Source: Hyphochytrium catenoides (lineage: Eukaryota; Protista; Hyphochytriomycota). From it: a stretch of 64,000 nt of DNA. The DNA is taken from contig FLMG01000265.1 in NCBI GenBank assembly GCA_900088475.1, forward strand, positions 186,001-250,000, given 5' to 3'. The notes below the pieces were generated by a model. That model was given only the letters and a program-made list of their open reading frames with translations, made no database searches and was not told the origin of the DNA. This document shows, in pieces, positions 24,569 through 35,106 of this stretch. Both the position numbers and the translations under genes were made by a program. How positions within the stretch are numbered: position 1 is the first letter of the stretch; every line of letters starts with the position of its first letter.

Positions 24569-25737
24569 CCAAGGACGTCTTTCTTCCATGTTGGATTGAT
24601 TTCGATCATGGTGGACCGTCACCATCCTCCATCATTGTTGTTCACTCCGCCGCCCCAGTCATAATGAAGCATTGTGCGACTGCCCTTTGGCCCCATTCCT
24701 GACCTTCTAATCCATGTAGTGCCAATGCATTCTATCAAGCAGATACTATATCGGCAACTAATGTTCCTAGGGGTCGAGGTCATTCCTAACGGTCCGATCA
24801 GTAGCAGTAGTTGGCAGCGTAGCGAATTGTCAAAGTTCGTTAACAACCGGTCTGTCGTCACAATCAGCGTCCTTCAGCGTGTTCCGATACGCACCGTATC
24901 ACTACGCTCAAGAAGTCAGGTCACACCATTGTTGGCGTCCCATTCGTGCTAAGGCGTTCACAACTCATCTCTAATGAGTAGCTTAGCCTATTCCTCCAAT
25001 CGAAGCGCGTCGTCCCCAAACCCGGAGATGATGCGGGTGAAGCATCGGCTGGACAAACACCACTTTCTGCCGGCGGTAACAAACATTGTCAAGCACCATG
25101 TTATACTGCTCCACCTTGACCTCTGCATGGTACTTTCCTCGCATGCGACCCTTGCCGAACAGAAAAGACTATGATCCAAGAATTTTACGTCTTGCATAAA
25201 CTTTGCGGCGCTGCTGCTGCAGGCCCTCACTCTAAGGCAACCATGCATAGGACTTACCTTTAAGTGGTCAAAGCGCCAAGCGCTGCTTTGCCTCCCGTTC
25301 CCACTAAGATCTGCATATACCTGGGCCGTAAGCTGGTTTGAAGGTGTCTAATTATAAAGTAGTTGATCATGGAAGATCCTTTTCCTCTCAATGTCTGAGG
25401 GTGCACCTTTAGCTCTACATTCAATCTCATTCGACAGGCAACCTTACTAATTCTCGGCTTGGCTCCTCTACATCTGCTAGGGTCGCCTTCCAGCGTTCGG
25501 CTGAGTTGGACAAGAGCTACATCCCACGTGTGCTGGGCTTCTTCTCTCGCGCGCTTTCCCTATTTCCTACTGGCTCCAGAGACAGCGAGGGACGGTGAAG
25601 GGAGTGAACAACAACGATAGAAAGATGAAGAGACAAGGTGGAAAAAGCGAAGCAAGAAGAGGAGGTGATGAGACATGGGATGTTGTCTTCTTATTATCTT
25701 CCCGCAGGCAACGCGCTCTTCCCAGCTGAAGAAGAGA

Positions 25738-26040
25738 AGGATGCCGATGATTATCTAAGGCTGAATCGAGCTCAGAGAGTTTGAGCCAGACAAGGAAAGA
25801 AGAAACGCACTGCAAGTGCAGCTGGCTATCCCTACCTTTCTAGCTCCTGAATGCGTGATTATATGCGGTATGTTAGAGGGATTCTGAGGATTGACTAAGG
25901 CTGAACGGAGCTCACAGCTCGTGAGGCAGACAGAGACGAACGCAGTATTGACGACTACCTTTCCAGCTCTTCCTTTAATGCTTGATAATTCTAAAGGATG
26001 CCGAGAATTATTCCAGGCTGAACGGAGCCTCACAGCTCCC
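25738..26040 (+). repeat. Three diverged copies of a ~40-nt motif (GGAT.C.GA...ATT....AGGCTGAA.(C/G)GAGC.CA.AG)
   Basis: Copies at ~25738-25778, ~25878-25920 and ~25995-26040. Confidence 0.65.
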
Positions 26041-26398
26041 AAAAAAAGACGAGGCAACCAACCTCTTCTGGGGATACCCGTGAGATGATATCCGCCTGCT
26101 CTGCTGTATCTTGGAAGACCTTTCAAAAGACCTTCTCACCCAGAGGTCGATGCTGCACTGTGATACACCAAAAAACAATGAAGCGGCAACGCTATCGGAA
26201 TTCCTCGAAGGAAGAGAGTCGTCTGGAGGAGGAAGAATCTGAGCTTGACTCTATTGGTCTTTACCCGATAGGCTGCTATTAATAGGATTGAGAAGGTTCT
26301 ACCGCGAGGAATGGCTCGAAGGCCGGACTGAATCAGAGTCGTATGACAAGCAAATAATATGCATTCATTGGGTTTACACGTCACTAATAATGAAGGAC

Positions 26399-29300
26399 CT
26401 AGCGCACAATGTGCCGGATATACTTGAGGGCCAAGTAGCATAAAAGGAAAGTAGAACACCACTCGATCATGAGAACGCCCATGTTACGAAGGGTAATGTC
26501 CGCGTCAAAGCCAAAGTTCTTCTCAACAAAGGCCTGGACAGTGACAACCTCCTTGCCACTCTGTATCTCACGGCAACCAATAGAGCTCCCATCTGAGTTA
26601 CACTGAGCAAACTGTGAAGCAGAAAGAGCACTGAAAGCGTTGGAAGATGGGGCAATATATGTAATCCAGCGGTACCAAGGCTTCATCTGATTGACCGGTA
26701 GAAGGAAACCCGAGAAGATGTTGTAGATGATGGTGATAGCCCCGACAGCAATGTTTGCCACCTTCTCGTTTGGCAGCACTTGGCAGCATAGTTGGCCCAC
26801 GTAGGTGGCGAGGCCGCCATACAAGAAGTATATCCACAAATACCAGCCATAGTCCGCAGCCGTAGGTGAGAACCCAACCATCCAGTACATGATAGAGACG
26901 AAGATGCTGATGTTTACTGCCAGATAGGGCAGCTCCGCAAGGAACAATGCTGCTTGATAGCTGAAGGCCGAGTACATGTTTGCGGCACGCTCCCGATAGT
27001 AGACAGCACGCTCCGCGCAAGTAATCTCGATGACCGTCATGAGGTTGAAGACGCCAATGAAGTCCATGATCATGTAGTTCAGAGCCACAGCGGAGTTGAC
27101 AGCTGACGGAGAGTCAATCTTGATTTGCCAAAAGACGCTACCAAAAAAAAGGCCGAAAAAAGGAAAGAGAATGAGACGAACCAGGTTGTATCGCGGTGTC
27201 CGCCAGTACGCCTGAGCAGCTCGTTTAACCGTAAGACGTAGTTGGTAGCTAATGGGAGTGTTTGAGGAAGTAGTAGAGCCAGCACCGCCATCCTCTTCTC
27301 CAATGTTCTTCTCTGCTGTGCCGTCAAGCACTTCAGACTGCAATTGCAAGGTAGCCGCAAGCTCCGACTCCATGTTACGCTTAAGGTCACTGGCGTTGTA
27401 GACCACAGCATAATCAGTGTCAGTATCCAATTTCTCTCTTCCAACACCGGCACCAATGACTTCTAGCATATAGGTGGCAGGATTAGCATGGGAAGGACAA
27501 GGCGACGTTCCGGGAACCGATGCAAAGTACTGGATGATATCGGCACTGCCGTCACCAAGTGGACCAAAGTACACCACATGTCCACCCATCCTCAGAAGCA
27601 GCAGGTTATCAAAGGACTCAAAGATCGCGCGAGAGGGCTGGTGGATTGTGCACACCACGGTTCGACCGCTGCTGGCAATGCGCCGAATCACCTCCATGAC
27701 CATCGTAGCTGCTAGCGCATCCAAGCCGCTGGTCGGCTCATCCAGGAAGAGAATGGAAGGATTCGCAACAAGCTCCACACCAATTGTTAGTCGTTTCCGT
27801 TGCTCGACAGTCAAACCGCCCTTGCCCAGCTCTCCGACCATCTTGTTCTCAAGAGGTGTAAGCTCTAGCATCGCCAGAATTTTATCCACAAACGCTAACT
27901 TCTGCTCGTCGGATACACCATAGCCTTGACGAAGGCGTGCAGAGAAGACTAAAGCCTCTCTCACAGTGGTCGTCTGGCTGTGAATGTCCATCTGCTCACA
28001 ATAGGCAGCAAGCTTAGCGAACTGCTTATCATCCTTAGGGACCCTATTAATAAAGATATCCCCACCCATAGTGCCGCCAGTCTTGCGGCCCGCGAGGACA
28101 TCCATAAGGGTGGTCTTGCCAGCACCCGTTGCACCCATCAATGCGGTCATAGTACCAGGTTTAGCAAAGGCGGATACCCCGTTCAAGAGCCTCTTGGTCC
28201 TTCCCTTGTCAATGGGATCAGGAACCTCATAGGTCAGATTCTGCCAGACCAGCGTAGCAGGTATGAACTTTTCCATGTCCCCGTACTCAGCAGCACCACC
28301 TTGCTCCAACGTGGAAAGAGAGGTACTTGGTTGCACGATGTTGCCACTGCCATCAGTATGCTGCTGTACTGCTGGAGTATGCTGTCGCCCAGCCCTCAGA
28401 TGCTGCGCGAACTCCTTCTCATGTACGGCAATGACTCTTTTGGTTGGCTTGGTATAGCGAATCTTGTGCAAAGCCACCGTCGCCAGGCACGTGAACAGAA
28501 TGAAGTAACCAAGCAGCACTCCCAGTCCACCCCAAATGAGCTCCTCACGCTTGACGACTTGGTAAGTGTCAAGCCAGTAATCCGTGTCCTGTCCTGGGAG
28601 AGGGTAACCACCTCCTCCAGACCCATCCGAAATGTAGCGGTCGCTGTAGAATTCATTAAGAACCAATATTCTAAGAGTCCATCCAAGAGGGTTGATCCAG
28701 AAGAACCACTTCCACCACGGAGGAATTAGGTCGGGAAAGATGATGTTGCCTGAGAAAGTCAAAAACATCACCACAGACACAGCATCCAAGCACTGCGCGA
28801 TCACAATCTGTGGCGACACTGCTCCAAGTAACATCATATACGCCCCAATGGCATGCTGGTAAGCAACCAGGGCCAAGATGAAGATGAAGAAGGCGTAAGC
28901 ACTTGGTGCCAGACCAGCCATCCAGTACATCGATATGCCCAGGACAAGAGCGACCATAAGGTTGACAGGGACCCAGACCAATGTGTAAGCTATACCGTAA
29001 GATGAAGTGCGATAGAAGTTTCGCGGCCGTTGCTTATAGAAGACGCGGCGTAAGTCCAGAGTCAGTGGAATCTGCTGCCACGCTTGCCGTTGAAGAATGG
29101 CAGCACTAAAGAAAAGCATGCGGAAGTAGAGCTTGGGGTTGATGTCAAAGTAGAGAATGCCGACGCCGAGACCAACAATCAGTGCCTCCAAGAACTTGCC
29201 AATCATGAGCGGCCGGTCACGATAAGTAAGCTTGGCTTGCCTCTGGGTCAGAATCCATGTACTTTTAAAGAAGTCAAGGACAAAAGGACTCTCATCCTTC

Positions 29301-30748
29301 GTTTTGACAATAGACGCGTGCATCTCTAGCTTCTTGCGATTCTCTGTCTTCTCGACATCCATATCGTGCAAGAACCCCTGTTGGAGCTGCGTGGCCATAG
29401 TCCGGGCGTAAGTTGATTCCTTGAAGGCAGCAGCGAACTCTGCCGAAGTTTTCGGAGCCTCGGAGGCAGCTCCTGGCATGACGTAGCGCTGGCGTTGTTC
29501 CGTAGTTAACATCAAGAAGAACTCAGCGACATCGCAGTTGGCAGGGCAAAGGTATCCCAAGGACTCGAAGTATTCCAACGCTTCCTTCGTGGGACCGTGG
29601 TAGATGATGTGTCCTCTGTCAAGGAGAATGAGCTGGTCGAACAAATCGACCACCTCGGGTGGGGGCTGGAGAAGGGCCACGAGCACCGTACCATGCAGCT
29701 CCTTGGCCCACGTCTTCATTCCCTTGATAATGTCGAACGTAGCTGCGCTATCAAGGCCAGTAGAGATCTCGTCACAGAGAAAGACACTTTGATGACCAAC
29801 CATAATCTCGCCGATGGTCACTCGCTTCCTCTCCCCGCCTGACACACCTCGCAGCAGCTCGTTGCCGACGACGGTGTTAGCGCACACGTTCAAGCCCAAC
29901 AAGTACATGATGAGTTCAGCACGCTTCTCTGCCAAGTTCCGCAGCTCCTCAGTAGGCTGACTAGAAGGCAGGCCGTTGAGGCACTTGTCGGCGAACTCGA
30001 TCGTCTCCCGCACCGTCAGAGTTGGAGCATGGACGTCGATTTGATCGATGAGACCAACGATCTTGTCAACATCCACTGCACTGGCATCCAGCCCATTGTA
30101 TTGAACCGTACCCTCCAGACGGCTCTGCTTGGTGCTCTCCAGCTTGCCTGCGATGGCACGGAGAAACGAGGACTTGCCTGAGCCTGGCCCTCCAAGTACC
30201 AGAGTCGTGGAGCCAGGAGGAATGACACCGCTGAGGTCGTTCAGGATGGTCTTGGTGAAGGAACGGTCACGGGAAAAGGCTCCAGAGACGTGAGTACCGA
30301 TAGACTCTCCCTGATGCTTCGTGATAGGGACATCGGCTGTATATCGAAGCTTCTGGAAGCGCAGCTCTGTAGAGGGCATTCGTCGTCGGTAGAGCTCGAA
30401 CAGCGCCTTGTATTTCGAGTAGAATCGGTCCAGACCTCCCTTCATCATTGTCTCTACGGTCTCGGTGTCAATCTCGCTCAGCCGCTCATCGTCATGGAGC
30501 TTGAAGCCGCCGCGGAGGCTGTCAACGACCTTATGAATAGATCGCTGAATAGACTCGGCAAAGCCATGATGAGAAGAAGCGCTGCGAGGAGTGTCCTTAT
30601 GGCTGCCTCCTTGTAGCGCTATCTTAGCATCAAGCATCTGGTCGCTGGGCTTCGGCGTGAGGGCCAGTCCAGTTTCATCTTGAAGGCCCCTCAAGGCTGG
30701 CCGGCTGCGATCGGCGCCGCCGCCACCGCCCGAAGACTCGGCGGCCAT
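26399..30748 (-). CDS. PDR: Full-size PDR-type ABCG transporter (NBD-TMD-NBD-TMD), intronless, 1449 aa
   Basis: NBD1 GGPGSGKSS / VSGGERKRVTIGE / LCDEISTGLDS; NBD2 GATGAGKTT / LTVEQRKRLTIGVEL / FLDEPTSGLD. Two ABC2-type TMDs. The QRQAWQQI...FYKQRPRNFYRTSSY segment resembles oomycete ABCGs as I recall them. Confidence 0.97.
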   Translation of the reverse strand: MAAESSGGGGGADRSRPALRGLQDETGLALTPKPSDQMLDAKIALQGGSHKDTPRSASSHHGFAESIQRSIHKVVDSLRGGFKLHDDERLSEIDTETVETMMKGGLDRFYSKYKALFELYRRRMPSTELRFQKLRYTADVPITKHQGESIGTHVSGAFSRDRSFTKTILNDLSGVIPPGSTTLVLGGPGSGKSSFLRAIAGKLESTKQSRLEGTVQYNGLDASAVDVDKIVGLIDQIDVHAPTLTVRETIEFADKCLNGLPSSQPTEELRNLAEKRAELIMYLLGLNVCANTVVGNELLRGVSGGERKRVTIGEIMVGHQSVFLCDEISTGLDSAATFDIIKGMKTWAKELHGTVLVALLQPPPEVVDLFDQLILLDRGHIIYHGPTKEALEYFESLGYLCPANCDVAEFFLMLTTEQRQRYVMPGAASEAPKTSAEFAAAFKESTYARTMATQLQQGFLHDMDVEKTENRKKLEMHASIVKTKDESPFVLDFFKSTWILTQRQAKLTYRDRPLMIGKFLEALIVGLGVGILYFDINPKLYFRMLFFSAAILQRQAWQQIPLTLDLRRVFYKQRPRNFYRTSSYGIAYTLVWVPVNLMVALVLGISMYWMAGLAPSAYAFFIFILALVAYQHAIGAYMMLLGAVSPQIVIAQCLDAVSVVMFLTFSGNIIFPDLIPPWWKWFFWINPLGWTLRILVLNEFYSDRYISDGSGGGGYPLPGQDTDYWLDTYQVVKREELIWGGLGVLLGYFILFTCLATVALHKIRYTKPTKRVIAVHEKEFAQHLRAGRQHTPAVQQHTDGSGNIVQPSTSLSTLEQGGAAEYGDMEKFIPATLVWQNLTYEVPDPIDKGRTKRLLNGVSAFAKPGTMTALMGATGAGKTTLMDVLAGRKTGGTMGGDIFINRVPKDDKQFAKLAAYCEQMDIHSQTTTVREALVFSARLRQGYGVSDEQKLAFVDKILAMLELTPLENKMVGELGKGGLTVEQRKRLTIGVELVANPSILFLDEPTSGLDALAATMVMEVIRRIASSGRTVVCTIHQPSRAIFESFDNLLLLRMGGHVVYFGPLGDGSADIIQYFASVPGTSPCPSHANPATYMLEVIGAGVGREKLDTDTDYAVVYNASDLKRNMESELAATLQLQSEVLDGTAEKNIGEEDGGAGSTTSSNTPISYQLRLTVKRAAQAYWRTPRYNLVRLILFPFFGLFFGSVFWQIKIDSPSAVNSAVALNYMIMDFIGVFNLMTVIEITCAERAVYYRERAANMYSAFSYQAALFLAELPYLAVNISIFVSIMYWMVGFSPTAADYGWYLWIYFLYGGLATYVGQLCCQVLPNEKVANIAVGAITIIYNIFSGFLLPVNQMKPWYRWITYIAPSSNAFSALSASQFAQCNSDGSSIGCREIQSGKEVVTVQAFVEKNFGFDADITLRNMGVLMIEWCSTFLLCYLALKYIRHIVR

Positions 30749-33700
30749 CTTTTGAGACGTTGATCAGGGTACAAAGGTTGGAGCTGCTGTTGTTGTTGTT
30801 CCCGGCCGTCGCAGTCCGTCCAAGGCAAGAGAAGATTGATTTGTGATTGAAAGGAACTGCTGTCGGCCGACCACCACCTCCGCTGGTGCCTCAAATGGTT
30901 CACTAGAAAATCCTAGCTGGGTGGTGGCAGGAAGAGCACAGAAGCGATGCGCTTCTCCTCTTCTCTTGATCTTTCTAGCACCCACTGCTGGCCTACCTAC
31001 ACTTGCATCTAGTGCTCTGCGCCTACTCCTCTCCTCTCCTTGCCACCACGAAGCTCTCACTATCTCTAGCTTATCAACAAAAAAAAGAACAGCGCTATTA
31101 TAGCGCTGGCTGGCTGTGTTCATCAACAAAAACTAGCAGAGGTTGAGAAGAGAGTTCTAGGGTGATCCTGTCTCGTCTAACCTAGAACCTTTCCTTCTTC
31201 CGATCAGCCTGACTCTTCGCTTCTCGCTTCCACTACCGGCCACCACATTTCCCGTTCGATTTCCTCCCTTCATTTACTGGCTTTGCCTCTGCTGCTTCCA
31301 GGTACTCTTCCTTAATCAAACAAAAGATATCTCTATTATTAGTGTTCATAAGCCTCTTGCCTCTACTGCCTCCTCCAGAAGGCGCGAGCAGTAGTAGTAA
31401 CGCATCTGCTGCTTCTTTGCCTAGGGTTCAGGGTGGGAGGAAGATATCAACAACAAGATATCTTCTATGTTGGTCTTCCGTTCGCCCTAGTCTCATCACA
31501 CCCGTCCAACCGTAGTAGTAGACAGGCAAAAAGGATGGCGAGATCTCTTGCGACAGGTCTGGCCCAAAAGCTGGCTGATCTTCCTGCTTCTCGAAAACCT
31601 GAGCCAAGAACCAAGAATGCTTCTTCTTCCCTTCTCGCTGCTGTTATCTTAGGCAGCTGCAGCATAACTGCAGGGGTATGATGGGAAAGAGAAGAAGAAG
31701 GAGAGGAGGAAAAAAAGACCAGGAAGAGCCGGGAAGGAGTTGAAAATAAGGACGGAGGCCAGAAGATTCTCTTTCTTCCTATCTCCAAGTAGACAGCCTG
31801 TTTGGCATCATCAAACATCAGTCCATTGTTGCCTGCAGAGCCCAAAAAACGCTTTTTCTCCGGTCCTCTCCTCCAACTACTAGCATTTCTATATAAAGAG
31901 AAGATATGTGTAAGAGGACATCATCTGTGGATACTAAAGCGTGATGCGTCTTCTATTATCCCCTTCTCTGAGTGCTACGAGGAAGGGAGATAGACAGCTT
32001 TAAATCTCCTAGCTGAGCTTTTTACTACTTGCACCTACCTGAAGCCATTGTTACTATTAGTAACAGATCACTAGCTCGAAAGCCGGTCCAGAGAGCGTCA
32101 AGTAGGCAAACGATAGCTAGGCTGGATGGGCATGAAAGCGAAGGTAGCTAAGATTTATTCATCAATGTAAAGAAGAGTGCAGAAGCAGAAATCTTCCGGC
32201 TTTCGGCTGACGGCGATCAAGCATCTGAAGATTTCCACAAAGGGTGATTTGTTACAGGTCTCACCAGGCGGTTGGGCCGTATTAGATGACGCAGACCACC
32301 TTTCGTTCTCTGTAGGAAATGGCAGTGCGTGGTGTCAGAGGCTTGGCAGAGCAGGACTACTATACGCCGCCTCACTGATCCCATCCGCTGGTTGTTCTGG
32401 TCACCTTGTTCTTCTCTTCTCCTCTGTCGCCCCTTCCTGCGTGCTGCGGGCTGTATCTTTGATCATGGAAGAGCAGTATATCGCCACAGCAGTCACCTGC
32501 TGCCTTCTGCTTGTGTCCCGTTAAACCCATCCGTCCTTTCGATCTTACTACACCCTTTCCCCCCTGTCGTTTGCTGTTGCAAGCAACTGTCCTCTCATCC
32601 CCCTCTTCTTCTGTTGTCCCTGTGCTGTCTCAATGGTCAGACCAGCGTTACTGATCATGCTCCTGCACTCTTCGGCAGAGCCTCAAGGATATGGCCATCC
32701 TTCATTTGGTTGATAGACCTGATCAGTCAAACCCCCGGCAGTGCTACGGCATAGAGAGCGGGGATAAGAAGAAAGAACAAACTCACTTCCTTGATAGTGT
32801 CCCCTCTCTTTCGGATTCAGACCCTCCTCAGGTCCTCAAAGATTTCACATAATTAGCTGAGCCAAAGTGCTGGTGTTGGCGGATATAAAAGCAAGAGGAA
32901 GAGAAAGGGTACAATAGAGGACAGAAAACTAAGGGCAATGACAGACAAGAGGAAATTCTCCAAGTAGGAACTATGAGTCCTTATTAGAGATAGGAAGTAT
33001 ACGGAGTAGCTAGGCCGCATGTGTGTGGTGGGTAGGAGAGCTGATTAGCTAATAGCCAAAAGGCCATGAAACCCCCAAAGTCCGTCTCGATCTCACAACA
33101 CAAACAGCAAAGAGTAACATTATAAGTGTGGGCACCTGCTGGTCGGGTGGGAGACTGTTCAATAGCAAGGAACCAGAGCAGAGAAAGTGAGCTGCCGCGA
33201 CCTACAAGTACTCTACAATCTGTACCCAAAACACACCTCATTTCCCACAAGCCCACTTACTGGCCACCCACCAGTCCTGATCCTGACCATCCACTCTGGC
33301 TTGTGCCCTCACTCTTATTTGGAAGACATGCGCCACCGGCTTGATATTACTACCAAAGATGGGAAAGACAGCAAGCTTGCCTATTATTTGGCGTGCGAGA
33401 GATCTTTGAATGCATTCGAGGCATTATAGCAAGAAGGAAAGCCACAGAGCAGCACCACCAACTCAAGGCGTACCATTAGTACAACCACTAACTTAATAAA
33501 AGTAAGGCTGACGTCCTCTATCTAGTTCTACCTGTACTCCTCCTAGAGTAGGAAACACTACAAGAGGTGGGTTTGTTTGGGGGTTTGGATGGGTTATGTC
33601 TGTTCACCCCGTCACCTTTGTTACAGGAATTGTTATAGTTCACGGTGAAGCTTCCCAAGTTGGCTAGTTTATTTTGGTTCCTAGGTCAGTCAGTTGCTTG

Positions 33701-35106
33701 GGAGAAATGATTGGACTTTGTGCTTTATTAGACTCTGGTTGAAGGTTGTGTGCAACAGAAACCTACCAGAGTTGAAAGCTCCCTTCTATTATTGCGGTCT
33801 ATCAGCGATATTTACAAGCGCTCATCAACAGAACCAACACCTTCAAAACAAACTAAATAAACTAGGACCCTTCCTAGACAATCAGTCACTTCTTTCTGTA
33901 TTGTGAGCAGAGTGAATGACTAGGAAGGGGATTCACTGTGGATTGGTCAGTGTGTGAGTCGTCAGCAGCTGCGCGCGCCACTATTGGGTGGCAGGCATGG
34001 AGCTATAAGCCAGGCAGGAGGCAGGAGCCAAACCCTCCTGACTCCTGACTCTCTCTAATTCTATGGAGGCATGGAGCACACAGTTCGCCTAGAAACACAG
34101 CACAACCCTTTGGATCTGCTGCCTTTGGACGTCGTACTGGTACAGTTAGTAGTGAAGGTATCCGCGGTATTGATAGGGAGCGTTGCTTGCTTTTTATTGT
34201 ACTTGGCGAAAGGACAACCAATCCTGCCGCCTCTCTGGTCTGGCTTTTTCTTCTCGAGCGAATAAAATCTGCGAACGAAGAAGTGCATGTCCTCTGTCAT
34301 AATCTTTGAAGAAAGCGCTTCGCACTGACATCTTTATAAGGAAAGATTTTATAATGCCTAAAAAGAACTAGTTCTCAGGGTAGGCACGAGGTAACATCCC
34401 ATAATATGTATGTTCCGTGCCTAGCCCTAACAACGCGCCTTCAGCGCTCCCTGAAGGAGATCTGTGGATAGCTGCTGGGATGGGATAAATACACTACAAG
34501 TACTCGTATTACAGGCACGAGAGTAATGTGAGGAGTGATAATAATAAGCGCGTTTTTAGAGCTGCACCAGCCGAAGCAAGCACAGCAATAGCTCTATTGA
34601 GTGCTGTCAGTACATTTCGCTGGACATTATACTACGCATCCAACTCCATAGTGGCATTCAAAGGCTGCTTCCATCGACATTTACTATTTTCCAACCAGGA
34701 CAGGTTGGTTGCCAGCTCTATGTTTTCTAGAGCTTCAAGTTGAGTGGGTAAGAGGATAGGCTCTCTCGTACCTCAGTCTCCGCCATGAGTTGCCATGCCC
34801 CAAATGAGCTAGACTCTATGGCTTCTAATAAGCGCTAACATGTTGTTCCTTCCAAGCCGTGACGTGCGAAGAAATCGTGAACGAAGTGGCTAAGAAGAAT
34901 GACTATGTGCGCAATAAGACGAAGTATTTAATAAGTGGCCTATCTTCTCTACCTTCAAGAGCTATAATAATGCTCTGTAGCCTGTATGACTCCATCGATG
35001 CGCCCGAAAAAAGGAGCAGATTGCGTATAGACGGCTAAATATTACAGTCTAAATATTACAGTCTTATAATATAATGGGCGGATCTACCTACATCCAGGAG
35101 TTTCTG

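Noticed and set aside
24660-25150. Minus-strand protein-like frame (MRGKYHAEVKVEQYNMVLDNVC...YLLDRMHWHYMD) with many TAG/TGA stops, suggesting a C-to-T-decayed gene or stop-codon reassignment
   Set aside because: Every stop codon can trivially be derived by C-to-T, and I recognise no homologue. Genuine genes here end in TAG, TGA and TAA, which argues against recoding. A BLASTX search would be needed to revive it.
25738-26040. Repeat-spacer pattern as a CRISPR array
   Set aside because: Eukaryotic context, only three diverged copies, long irregular spacers and no cas genes.
27474-28729. Long plus-strand ORFs inside the PDR gene (and similar ones antisense to CHS, ZIP and the 53-57 kb gene)
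   Set aside because: They are antisense shadows of real coding frames with no recognisable motifs.
35035-35064. 14-bp tandem duplication CTAAATATTACAGT in the tomosyn 3' region
   Set aside because: Ordinary slippage-type duplication with no further structure.
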